From Botryllus schlosseri (Eukaryota): DNA of 64,000 nt. Below are positions 51,580-63,987 of the stretch, piece after piece. Positions within the stretch are counted from its first letter, which is position 1. Each line of letters opens with the position of its first letter. A program made the translations under genes and the position numbers. The notes beneath the pieces were generated by a model that made no database searches, had not been told where the DNA came from, and saw only the letters and a program-made list of their open reading frames with translations. Where the stretch lies: contig CM119386.1 of the NCBI GenBank assembly GCA_051294905.1, positions 434,001-498,000 on the forward strand, read 5' to 3'.

Positions 51580-52043
51580 CTCTAGACGTTCGTAAGCAAC
51601 CTAACATTCTTTACCATTCCAAGTATACAGTATACGAACGGTACGAACCATGACACCAAACCTATACAATGTCAGCTACTGAATAATTATAGTTCCGTGA
51701 ATATTCAATATTAGTGCGACCAGCTATCTGCAGGTATAACGGGAATAACGAACCTGACGGGACCGACGAAGCTGACACATTATCTTGTATATTGTTGTAG
51801 GCAGTAAATGACTATGGGTGCTGATGCTGAACGGTTTATATTCTTATCCCAAGTCCTAACCGTAACGAAAGCCAATCCAACCTCTTACCTTGACGCTAAC
51901 TACAGTCAACCCAGGCATTAGGTTTAACTAGCCTTTCTGATGCCGCAATCGGTATTTCAGTAGCAGTGCGAGTGCGCTCGATCAGAATATTTACCGTTCG
52001 TCCGAGTTTACCTGCATCCGAATATATTAGCCACCCTCATAGC

Positions 52044-54025
52044 CAGGCCGATTTGATATATCGCAATTGGCTAAATATATCGCAATGAGATATATAAAGC
52101 CTCGTAAGTGCGATATATTAATCTGCCGTACGGCAGCCCGTGGGGCGCGCTTCCTAGGCCCGGAGCAGCTCCTGGCACTTGTCATTCCTTATATTTACCA
52201 GGTTCAACATGCCTCCTAAACGCAAGTATCCATTTCAGAAGACTCACGTTGAGCTTTCGTCTGGTTGCAAGGGTCGTGCGATCTGATCGAGAACATTTGG
52301 CTGCTGCTGCTGCGAAAGTGGGCACCATATAGCCGGGAGAAGCCTCGAACATGTCGCGTATTGGATGTGCGATTGGTTTGCAGACGCTGTCTCAAATCAT
52401 GAAAGCTTCGTGGGCATTCTCCATTGGTTGCGATGGGTCGAACAATAAGGTTTCACACTTTCACATGACTCCCACCTTGATTTGAGGATTCGATTCCTCT
52501 CGGTTGTTGGATTTGAAGGCAGCGCTGAAGTCACGAATGGGTTCCATCTTCTTGTCATACCATTGTTTGTTTGCTCTCTTGCACAAAAGGAAAGTTTATA
52601 CTGATCAATTTATCAACCTCATGGACGCTTTGTGTTGTGATTGGCGCCTGAAGTTGATTGGTTCTTCAACGGATGGAGCTGCTGGAAATATGGCACGGCA
52701 TAACACAGGGCTCTCGAGTCTCGATCCTCGTAAGGAATGATTCTTTGTGCAAGGAAGCGTTTTATCGTTTGTGGTGCCTTGCGCATCAGCTCGACCTCGT
52801 CACAGAAAAGGCAGTGACTAATCTCGACGATTGTAGTGTATTAACATTCATGAAACCGTTGACTGAAGTTATCAGGTACCTCCGTCGACAGAAGACGCTA
52901 ATACCAAGTATGGGCAGTACGAAGTGCTCGCACTGTATCACGGTACGGTGGAAATCTTTGGCGAAGGTTTCAAAACGGTTATCAGCAAATCGGGAGAATG
53001 TATCAACTTACATACAACAGAAGTCTTTCGCTTATAATCCTTCTCTGGCATGGTATGCAATGCTACACTCGTTTATAGCCTAATTATAGTGAACTGGTGA
53101 GTGATTAAATCGTATTCATGTTTTGCTGGTCGCTCATTCTTCAAATCGTGGATCATTTCTTGGCATCAATGATGATCATATTTGATGCGTTACAACTCAG
53201 CAAGGCAACAATGTGACAGCAGATGTCCAACATTGAAAGATTGGCAGATGAACTCTTCCAGAGGTGTGGAGTAACCGACGACGAATCCATCACCGAACCG
53301 AACGACGTTGCTGAAGTTGTACCACCTGGCAATGCGATCAAGGTGGGACCGTATTCAGTCAATGCACAGGACTTTATCACGTGCATGGATGTGTCAGCCT
53401 TGGAAAATTTCGAAAATCTGTAGTAATCTGCTAGTAATGCAGAAAGGAATTCGGTACTTTGATCAGTATCGGTTTTGAATCTTGTCGCTTTGAATGGAAT
53501 TATGGAAATTAAGGTTGAACGAAACTGCTATGGTCAAGAATTTGATGAATTGGCCACACACACACATATGGCCTTGATTGAGACTTCTACAGTTGAGCAC
53601 AAGCACAAGCCTCGCATCAAGCATAGTTTCGATGACAACTTTCTCGAGAGGATCACAGATGAGCATGAGCACCTTCTGCTGCACGACGCCGTTGCCAAGG
53701 AGCCCAGATTCAAGGCTTCGTGGCTGAAGGTGGGGCACAGTGCGTCCTTCAACAAGGTGTGGGCTACCACTGGACAGCGTTTTGCATCCTTACGTCAGTT
53801 TGCTGCCGGTTTAGCAACGGCCATGCCCACCACATCTCGTGTGGAACCAGACTTCTCCTTCATCAACTACCGCAAAGACGAGTTTAACTTTGGAATCTCC
53901 GATTTTACTCTTGAAGGAGTGGATGGGTTTATATGGGGTGCGATATTTGCGATATAAGGGCTCCAATCTGCGGTGTTTTAAGTAATGTATCGCAATATCG
54001 CATTGCGATGTAATAAATCGGCCTG
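52044..54025 (+). mobile_element. hAT DNA transposon with decayed, 5'-truncated transposase
   Basis: TIRs CAGGCCGATTT / AAATCGGCCTG (21/24 identical when extended); perfect 8-bp TSD CTCATAGC (52036-52043, 54026-54033). Transposase motifs in broken frames: WAFSIGCDGS, HLDLRIRF, DWRLKLIGSSTDGA, WCLAHQLDLV, YLRRQ, TVRW, and C-terminal PTTSRVEPDFS..YRKDEF...ISDFTLEG. Confidence 0.92.
52190..53930 (+). pseudogene. hAT transposase pseudogene (frameshifts and in-frame stops)
   Basis: Pieces in ORFs 52108-52332, 52504-52740, 52658-53083, 53223-53423 and 53475-53957 occur in the expected DDE/hATC order but in different frames. Confidence 0.85.
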
Positions 54026-54323
54026 CTCATAGCCCACTAAACAAACAAAAATAGAACAGCTAATATAGCTGGGCCTACATGAATTTTCGTCCTTTTTCAC
54101 AATATACTATTATAAGTTTCCTCGATCTTATCGCGTTACGCCCAGATGAAGGTAGTCTATACATAGAATCGAATGTAAAGGACGTGGGAAAGGGCCCAAA
54201 GCTGTCGTTGTAAGCGGAGGACCCACGAAACCCCTAAATTTGTCAAAAGATTTGCGATTTGCTAAGCTATCATTGTATCACATGATGCAATAGAAATAGT
54301 GTTTTGCGAGTCCCATCCTATGT

Positions 54324-56816
54324 TAGGGTTACCATATTTTTGATTCACGAATTTCGGACGCTCTTCAGCGCCCACTAGCGGATTTCAAAATGAGCTGTGA
54401 GCGCATTGTCGATCAATATGACGTCACACCAGCAACGCTTTGTCTATCGTCTAGAAGTGGTCGCGATCCGATTCAGGAGTATGTGGTTGTGCATTGTATG
54501 TTTTAACCTGGGCCGTAGCCACATATTGCAGCCCCATCCCGCCCAAATAAACACTGATCTTGGGCCCATCGTAGGGTATTCGATGCAACTTCTGGGGGTT
54601 TACTATATGTGTCTGGTCGTTAAATGATTTGAATGAATTGTGTCAATAATATTGGCTCTTCCATATAATACTGTATAATTTTAATGCTCTCTCCCTCCAC
54701 ATAATCAGAGTCAGCGGTAGAATAGAGCTGATGTAGGATGATGACTTCGAAAATGCAAGGGGCGTAATTGTACATCGTTAAGTCATGTGTCATGTCCAGA
54801 GGTGGTCAGTAACGAAGTACTTCTACTTTTTCGAAGTACTCAAGTAGTTTTCCTCTACTTCTGGTACTTACTCAAGTAGATTTGATTTTTGCTACTTCTA
54901 CTTCTACTCCATAATGTTTTGTGATCTACTTACTTACTTTTCGCTATTTTCAGTTTGTCAAGTAGACGTAGTTCAATCTTCCAATCAGAAAGATAGCCTG
55001 AGGAATTTCGGGGCTGTTTTCATAGAGTACCAACATTTTATTTCCATAAAAGTTGAGTAAAGCCCAGAATTTTCGTCGCGCTTCGCACGCAGTGGTATGG
55101 TCGTTGCCAGTATCATTTCATGAAAGTATCAATGAATATAATTTAGGTAGCGGGTTGGTGTGATTCAGTTCACACAGGGATATCTAGAACTAGATATATA
55201 GATATCCCTGAGTTCACACCACATTGTCGCTCTTCGCCTATATGAAATAATTCATCGCAGTATATATGGCTCATCATAACGTTTGAAACTGATATTTCGC
55301 AATCTAGCATTTACTTGTCATATCGGAATCTAGGGTGTCCATGGCGCTTCCTAACCTGGAAAAGTGGACTCTGACATTTTTTGTTAGTTTTAGAGCTGTT
55401 TCAGCATACCACCACCTTTGAAACTTTCTGGACTAAAGGCGTGAAAAACGTGTCCCACTTTTAGAACTAGTATTTATGTTTTATTTCCAATTCCCAGTAT
55501 CATATACTTTGAGTTATAATTTATATCAGTTGTTTTGTATGGATAACATACATGTTGAAGTATAAAAGCAAGTGTATTGATGCCTTTAATTTCCGGAAAT
55601 AAAGCTACAGAATATGGCATTTTACGGTCCACCACATTTTTTATTAACGTTTACTAATTGCGCAAAGTGTTTACACCGTATCCTATACAACTTCTCCGTA
55701 TTGCTCTTCGACTAAACTACGGACCTTATAATATGGGGGATGGCGCCATACCATGCTATTTTCTAGAACGTGCTGTTCGACAAAACAGGATAAGTATCGC
55801 ATTTCCATATCAATCCTATCATTATCATCCCATGATGTGGACGAATGCTTATGCTATCGAAAATTGGACACCTGCTGGTAAGCGTCAATGTGAATCAAGC
55901 TCGTCACCTTTCGCATAGCTCAATTTGTACCTTTATACAATCCATGTGAACAAATTCGGATCGTTTTCACAACTACTTACTTACTTGAGTACTTTTAAAG
56001 TCAGTCAATTCTACTTCTACTTCAAGTAGATTTAGGTTGCTTATGGAAGAAGTACTTCTACTCGTACTTGAGTAGATTTTTTCGTCGCTACTTCTACTTC
56101 TACTTGAGTAGCTTTCTTGACTACTTTGACCACCTCTGGTCATGTCACGCCGATAACATTATTTATCAGCCTAATGCGGGTGTGCACTTCACCACTGAGC
56201 TATATAAACACCGCACATCCGGTGTTTTCCAACCTTTTATGGTCGCGAATCTATTTCCAATTTGAAAATGTGCCGTGGCCCAGCTCAAAATTTGATGAGC
56301 TGATTACTAATTAAAGGTCGGCACATTTGCCCAGACTTACTCACAGCCAATTTTGGAAGCTAATTACGTTCAACATCTTCGCGAACCCCAGAATAAAGGC
56401 AAACTACCCCCAGGTTTAGAACCAACATCTTTGAATAAAGCATCCAAACGACCTAAAACGACGACTCTATGAATACCGCTATCTTGTAATTGCGATTACA
56501 ATTAGACTTCTTTTTGTAAATCAATGTTATTTTTTATTTATTTTTTGATCGCAGTTTTTGCGAGGGCGCTAGTCCCCATCTTAAAACCAATATTTATGAT
56601 ACTAAATCGCGCGCAGCGCGAAGAAAAATTTCATGTAACAAAAATCTGCCCAAAAATAGTCTTGTTTAGGTTGATTTACGAAAAAAAAGATATGAGCTTA
56701 CTTCAAGCCTTCAAAATTCCGGACATTTAGGCATACTTTAGAAATTCCTCCCGGACGCAGTTTTAACAGTGAAATTCCGGACATGTCCGGGAAATTCCGG
56801 ACGTATGGCAACCCTA
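54324..56816. mobile_element. Blackjack-like hAT element hosting a nested Tol2-like element
   Basis: TIR TAGGGTTACCATA / TATGGCAACCCTA; TSD TCCTATGT / TCCTAGTT (6/8); TCCGGAC subterminal repeats. Confidence 0.65.
54797..56138. mobile_element. Tol2-like non-autonomous hAT with TACTTC/TACTTGAGTA subterminal repeats
   Basis: TIR CAGAGGTGGTCA / TGACCACCTCTG; perfect 8-bp TSD GTCATGTC. The CAGAGGTG start and TACTTGAGTA repeats resemble Tol2 ends as recalled. Confidence 0.88.
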
Positions 56817-56840
56817 TCCTAGTTACTTCAATAAGTGAAA

Positions 56841-57255
56841 GAGAGAGAGAGAGAGAGTCTTTATTTTTCATCAAACCAAAATACATAACACACGGCAGTG
56901 GTGGTGGTACAGAAAATATGCATGCACAGTATTCGGTATTAGATAGGAATGATCGATAAGACCGTGAGGGTCATCTAGTCTGATCACACCAGCATCAAAC
57001 AGGTACACTTGACTCTAAACAGTCTGGCTGTAAAAAAAGTTACAGTTAGTATAAAAGTATAAAACGAAGGTGTGAAAACATTTTGTAAGTAGTTTCATCC
57101 AACCAAAATACATAAAAGAACAGACGGCAATGATGGCGGTACAGAAAACATGCATGCACACTGCACAGTATTCGGTATCAGATAGGAATGATTTATACGA
57201 CCGTGAAAGTCAACTAGTCTGATCACACCCGCATCAAACATGTACACGTGACTCA
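56841..57255 (-). repeat. Tandem pair of about 150-bp repeats preceded by (GA)n; probable retroposon 3' ends
   Basis: 56870-57015 and 57097-57255 are direct repeats. (GA)n at about 56841-56857 reads as a (TC)n tail on the - strand. Confidence 0.55.
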
Positions 57256-57989
57256 ATACTTGACAACTCCGTATTGCTTTTCGCCTCAACTACGGGGCTT
57301 TGTTGGCGGAAGGCACAGTTCCATGACATTATATGAAATAGAGCTGTGGGGTAACCAAAAGTTGCAAGAGCCGCTATCATTTGCATCCTGCGATGAGGTA
57401 TGATTCGCTTATTTGGAAACGTATGAGTATATTTTAGCTTTGCTACTTCTACTTGAATAGCATAAAGCCAAGGACTAGGCTACTATACCACCTCTGCTAA
57501 AAACGGTGTAACTATAATCCTAATTGTAATATAATTAGGAAAATCTGAAAATTATGTAGTTATCCTAGCCTGCAGGACATATCTTCCCGCCCCTGGGGAT
57601 CCCAAACTGTAATTTGCATTGCAGATTGTAGGCCGTTCGCTGAGGGACGAACTATAAACGGCGGACCAAGGTACAGTCACTCAGTCAGTGTAATATTTTG
57701 TCAAACGATTGCGCAAGGTGTAGTTTACGACTCCATTTTACTATAAACTTCCGATGCCCATTTAACTCGAAGTAGCCTATTACCTACGGGCAAACTTTGT
57801 CAAAATGTAAAAAAAAGAGTGTTCGCCAAGCCGGACGTTTCACCGTGTGACACTATCTCGCTCGGTAGCTAATTATGGTCGATAGCAAAAAAATCGATCA
57901 ATTACCATTATGGACGTTCAACCTGATGACCTCGTGGAAAATATCTAGAAACTGCGGGAGACTGAACTTATCCAGTAGCCTCTATAATG

Positions 57990-58398
57990 GAGGGTTACCA
58001 TATTTTGGGAATTTGAAAATGGGAGGACACTTTTTTAAGAATTTCCAGACTTACAATATCGGACTAAAATCCAGAAAAATTGGTAAATTTATTATGGGTT
58101 TGTAGTTGGTCGACTGAAAAAGTCATTTTTCCGACTCGAGTCCATATCAAACACAAACTTTCATTGAATTTTCAGTTGGTTGACTAAAAAAGAGGTCAAC
58201 TTTCAGGCTCAACTCCCAAAAGACCCATCGGAACGTTACTTGAGTAGGTTACTGATTTCCGATATCTCACTTGAAGTTTAACATATTCTATATATAACCA
58301 AATTTTCAAAAAAGAGGACATTTGGGCGTCCTCAGAGGACACTTTCAGAAATGTCAAAAAGAGGACAAATCCTCTTAAGAGGACGTCTGGTGACCCTA
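57990..58398. mobile_element. Blackjack-like hAT MITE
   Basis: GAGGGTTACCA / TGGTGACCCTA; TSD CTATAATG / CTACAAGG (6/8). Confidence 0.7.
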
Positions 58399-59785
58399 CT
58401 ACAAGGAGAATTTGGCCTCACGAACAGCAGAAGACTGTCGTAATGGTTTAATACTGAACTTATCAAGTATCCAAGGGCGAAACATTCGATCACTGACCAT
58501 TATAGACGCTCAACCTTGCCTCACGGAAAATATTTGGAAAACGCGGAAATGGCAGGGGACCCAAATTTTCGAGAAGGCGAATTTGCCGTGTATTTCCACT
58601 CGTGTACCACTCTTGATATACGGGTGTGAATATACACCCAACCCACACGAAACGTGAACCGAACTCAGACTTATACCGCGGGATAAATCGAGTACATATT
58701 AATCCAAATTATGCATGCAAATAGCCACGTATGATGACTGCGATATATAGTTGTTTTGGTATAGGCCTATCGCACCCTTTTCGAACCTCAGGGTGTGAAT
58801 ACACACTCTTTTCGGTGATAGTGTATGAGCTGATGTTATTGAAATGTCCTTCGCCGCGCCAAACTGAAAATCGCATGACCATCTAAATACATCAAGACAA
58901 AATAGCTGGTCACACAGCTTTGCAAGCAGGTTTCTCAAGACTTTACGCGAGTACAACACTGTGATCTCTAACGGGCATGTTACGACAAAAGAAATAGTTT
59001 TACATGAAATAAGCAGTGGTCAGCAAAAAGGTACTTCCACTGTTCTGAAGTAATCAAGTAGTTTTCCTCTATTTCTACTTCATAATATTATGTGACTTAC
59101 TTATTACTATGTACAGTTTGTCAAGTAGACCTATAACATTCTTCATATGAGAGAATGAGACAAAAATATAGGAACTTTTTCGCAGAGTAACAACAATCAT
59201 TCAAAATTAATTTCCGTTGTTTTGCCGCAGAATAGATATTGACGAAAGTGTTGGGTCAGTATCATTCAGGTCAGGGGCGGGCAACTTCTCCAGTCGGCGG
59301 GCCGGATATTGGAAAATTAAGTACTTGGCGGGCCGAATTGCTGAATCGATTTATTCGCCCATTTATCAACATATACAAGGAATAAATCGTATATAATGAA
59401 TGTAATTTAACGACAGAAACGTCACTTCACTGCCATTTCTCGCCGTTAATGACGAAGACAATGTGGATTTGAGAATAGCATGGTCATACAGGCGCCACCA
59501 TGTCTGCTTCTCTCTGATCAACACACGGTGCAAACTTTAATAAGATTAAGGCGTTCGATAGGTGACGAGAAAGCGTCGTTGTTCAACCGTATGGCCTAAT
59601 TAATCTCGATATCGAATTCACGTGGCCTGCGTCCTCTACGAAATTTGAATAGTGGCCCGCGACCCGTCTTGAGTTGGCAAACACTGGCATAAGCGGTGTC
59701 TTACAAAAGTCTAGAAGTGTGCCGTACAACATGTCGGCAGTTACGGAATCAAAAATAACGACCATTGTAGTCGACAAACACCAGA

Positions 59786-60038
59786 GAGAGAGAGAGAGAT
59801 GGTATTCTTTTTCGCCAGCACCATCGAGATGCTTTGACGACGGAGATGCGATACGGCCTATGGTCATCTAGTCTGCACCCCCGGTTTTTTCTCCTCCATG
59901 CTATCCCGTGATTGCTGAGCGCCTAGCAGGATAGCCGCGGATACCAGTTTTCGAGTCTTTGGTCTGACCCGGCCGGGGATCGAACCCACGACCTACCGAT
60001 CAAGAAGCCGGACGCACAACCATTACACTATCTCGCTC
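59786..60038 (-). mobile_element. tRNA-derived SINE, near full length, with (TC)n tail, copy 2
   Basis: A box TAGTGTAATGG, B box GGTTCGATCCC, core GGTCAGACCAAAGAC, tail reading (GA)n on the + strand at about 59786-59800. Nested in the hAT at 59272-60838. Confidence 0.8.
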
Positions 60039-60175
60039 ATAATTACCGATGATGCAAGTCTTCTCGCTTCCACGAACTTACGCGTAAGCTCCACTCTCGC
60101 ACCCTGCGCATACACGTATATAATAACATACAGTCACTGAAATTGGACCTAGTAAGCAAGTTGTGGGGAATATCG

Positions 60176-60723
60176 CAGGGTTGTAACCAAGTCACAAGTC
60201 AATCTCATTTTTATAGTTTCGACTCGAGTCAAGTCGAGTCATTTTCAATTCACCACCAAGTCAAGTCCGAGTCCAAGTCAGCGACAAGAGGGTCGAGTCC
60301 GAGTCACAGTATTATGACTCGAGTCGAGTCCAAGTCATTATGTTGACTGCTCAGTTTCTTGTAAAAGTCATGTTAAAACCCACTTTTATACCTCTATTTG
60401 GTGGTATCGAATGGTCCGATGTTATAATATACCAATCTTCCTCACTTTCAGCAGTTTCTGGTCGCATTTTCAAGTACCAGTACCAACAGACGAAATCCCA
60501 ATAGTGTGTTGGCTTTGGAATTACAACGAAATGTCGGTCTTGGCCGTCTGAGTTTCGAGTCAATGACTTGGCTCGAGTCATGCGCAATGACTCGAGTCCA
60601 AGTCGAGTCAATACACAGATTGACTCGAGTCGAGTCATTTCGATATTTTGGAAAAATGACTCGAGTCAAGTCGAGTCATCAGAAAATCGTGACTCGAGTC
60701 GGACTCGAGTCATTACAACCCTG
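60176..60723. mobile_element. GACTCGAGTC-family hAT MITE
   Basis: TIR CAGGGTTGTAA / TTACAACCCTG; perfect 8-bp TSD GAATATCG. Confidence 0.92.
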
Positions 60724-61843
60724 GAATATCGGCAGACTGAGGCCGCGGGCCACATTATCATGTAAGACGTAAAACAGTCCGCGGGCCGGACAAAATCCCT
60801 TCGCAGGCCGGATCCGGCCCGTATGTTGCCCGCCCCTGATTTAGGTATCGTACCGTATTGACACTCATATGACATGTTTTATTGCAGTCAATATGGCCCG
60901 GAAACGAGATTTGGAACCGTCTAATTGTAATTCTAATTGTAGCATTCTAGCCACACAGCGAGTGTTCAAATGAGGAAAAAGTGGTACTTGACTTTTTAGC
61001 GTTAGACCGTCGAGCGTCAACCACCGTTGAAACTGTATGTACAAAATGCATGAAATATATTCCCCTTTTTAAATACTGTAGTTGTATTTATCTTCATGCA
61101 CGGTATCGTAACAGATAGGTCTTGTAATTTATCGTAGTTCTTCCGTCCGGAGCACATGCAGGCCTTATAATACGGTGGAGGGGACTATTCCATGATATTA
61201 TCTGAAATGGAGTTGTTGGGCAAACAAAAGTTCAGAGTCAATATCATTTGCATCTCACGATGCGGTATAATTCTGATATGAGAAAACTTTGTACTGAGCA
61301 GCATGTACCAGCTCTCTGTACCAACCGAAGGGCTCAGTTTCCGGCCTTCGACAGCCCATGAGAGCGTATGGACGACTGCTTATCACAACTACTCACTCGA
61401 GTAGCTTCAAGAGCTACGCTACTTCTACATGAGTAACTTTCTCGACTACTTTGACCACCGCTGCGTAACTATAATTCTAATCTTGAATAGCATATTCATA
61501 TTGAAATGAACCCGAATATGCACCGTTATGCACAGTGCTACGATTGTTGATATACGCTGTACCTCCAAGAAGCTGTTTAGTTCAAACCTTGTAAAGAAAA
61601 GCTGAATTTTTCTAGTTGTCCATATATATCTTCCAGTCCATAGCATTATCATTTGGAAATATTGCTAATCGATATTTTTCTCCTAATAGAAATTCAATAA
61701 ATGATCTGTCGTGACATAAACAGAAATCCAGAAGTGGATATGAAAATAATAATAGATCATTTATATAAGTTTGAATAAAACTTTGCGAGAATTCGACTTA
61801 ACAGTCTTTGAATTAGATTTAGACCAGTTACGTCACGCTCAAT

Positions 61844-63987
61844 TCAATTCACTCCACATTTCACAAACTCTGTGATGTGTTGCTCAATTGAGAGAGCAGA
61901 TTCTACACAGCCATCGAAATTAGAGTGAGTAAACCCGTCCCCCGCTACAATCAAAAGTGGTTTGCTGTGGCAAACTAACGATCCATATGTTGCCGTCGAC
62001 TGAGTCACTTGCGAATATCTCCATTTGTGGAATTTCACGTAATCTGGTTCCGGAAGGCCGGGAATGATTCTCTTCAGTTCGTCCACAACTTTAGACCCGA
62101 CCGCCGCTGCGTCTTCCTCTAGGTGGCTCTTTGCAAATGGGACAGATGTGTGCACGACAACTGATGAAGTTTTGCTGTGAAAACGATGAACATTTTCGAT
62201 TGCATACAACAGTTGCAGTTCAACATCTCAAATCATGGGGCAGGGCCAGGGTCGTAACTAGGTCACAAATGGGGCGGGGCACAATGATTCAGGTACTCGA
62301 ATCTGCATCGATCATTAATTTACTTTCGAGTGCTGAGATTATGCGCCCCGTATCACTATTAGTTAATTTGTTAACATGAGTTATAGTTTTGACTTATGAT
62401 ACTGTTTTCAACTGTGAAAGCCTGAACCTCGATTGGTCGTATTGCAATGATAATTCTGTCAAGTCGATACCAACCCATATCATCGCTAAAAATTGCAATG
62501 GAATAAGAAAGGTTGAAATTATACCAGATTACCTTCAATGTGATGTAATAGGGCCATTTTTATGCGACCTTAAAATATCAATAATTTGACTTTATTTTTT
62601 GGAAAATATGACTTATTGTGAAAATGAGAAAATCATGTATTTTTACATGCGAACAACGCCACTCGTGGAACAAAAGAGTAAACATTCGCAACATAACAGT
62701 AATACACATCCATTTTTATTCGTTTAATCAGAACTTACTTTCTTATAGCCTAATTGCTTCACCGCATAAATTGGTGGTTTTTATTTAAAGTATACAACGA
62801 TATGACTTAATAACTATAATTCTCGTTGACAAATTAACTTTTAATGGCAAGGAGCGTATCATGTCAGTAGGCCAACTGAAAAAATCGTCTCTCACTACTC
62901 GACTCAAACATTAGAATTAACACTCGATTGAGATTTGAGTACTGCTCACCCCTACTAGCAACGCTGACTGCTCCCTACCCATATGGTATTCAAACTAATA
63001 TCTAAAAAAGATCTATCAAATGTTCTTGGAAATGAAAATTTTGTTATAGTTTACTGGAAAATTCTACAGGGTTGGTTTGATTATGCTTACAATAATAACA
63101 GTTTTGTTCAAAATAAGAAAAGTCTCATGTTCACAAAAAGAACAGTCTCATGTTCACAATAAGGACAGTTGTTATTGTGAACATATTCGAACCAAACCTT
63201 CTCGGAAAATTGAGAAGCAACGGTTTGTTTTCTAACAGCTTAATAAACAATCGATGTGAGAAACTTACCTCTTAGGAATACCACGCTTTTCGTGATCCAT
63301 AGCAATGTATCTGATGATGTCACTGTCACCAACATATCTTGCGGCCCACGAATATTCACTCAGAACGGCTTTGTTATAAAATAATCCAACTGCAAAACGA
63401 GAGGAATACTGCGCAGATTCCAGATCTTTTACATTATCAACATCGAGTTTATCTTTGACACCTTCAATTGACAATATTTGAGGTATCGGCATTGTTAATA
63501 TTACAGCATCAAAATGATCATGGTGTCCTGCTGTGGTGCTAGCTTCCCACACACTCCACGAGTCATCAGAAACAAGCCGTAATGATTCAAGCCTTTGATT
63601 TGGGCACATTTCAACGAAGGATTTGCCGAAGAAATGCTTTACTATCGAGCTCAGGCCATTCGTGCATACAAAGTTTGTGTCGTTATCGCCACGGAAACCA
63701 TCGATCTCTCCTTTAAAAGAATGTATTACGTTTGAGTCGAGGAGGTCTTTGTAAAACTCTTTATGTGATTCCAAATACTTTGAGTGCCGAGTAATGTATT
63801 GGGCTCCGAGTTCCGCAGAACATTCTTTAAATTCCGGGGCTTTGGATAGCGACATACGTCCACCGATCCCTCGAGATTTCTCCCAAACAACGATCTGACA
63901 CTGCACTTTGGTAGGAAGGTGGCGGCGAATCATATGAGCACACAGTGCGCCAGTTACACCTCCTCCTACTATAAGGATGCGCACCAT
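61844..63987 (-). CDS. RNLS: Renalase (FAD-dependent NAD(P)H-isomer oxidase), complete, 2 exons, 349 aa
   Basis: Exon 1, 63987-63269: MVRILIVGGGVTG (Rossmann GxGxxG), VWEKSRGIGGRMS, ELGAQYIT, FDAVILTMPIPQIL, YSSRFAVGLFY; donor AG|GTAAGT. Exon 2, 62174-61844 (acceptor TTTCACAG): SVVVHTSVPFA, KFHKWRYSQV, LIVAGDGFTHSNFDGCVESA, TGA. Phase 2 joins cleanly. Confidence 0.95.

Larger units (their letters stand above)
59272..60838. mobile_element. Charlie-type hAT containing a SINE and a GACTCGAGTC MITE; probably itself inside a decayed Tol2-like element (about 59011-61463)
   Basis: TIR CAGGGGCGGGCAAC / GTTGCCCGCCCCTG; TSD ATTCAGGT / ATTTAGGT (7/8). Confidence 0.85.

Noticed and set aside
60176-60723. 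Regularly recurring GACTCGAGTC palindromes resembling a CRISPR array
   Set aside because: Spacing is irregular, there are no unique spacers or cas genes, the context is eukaryotic, and TIRs plus an 8-bp TSD show it is a MITE.
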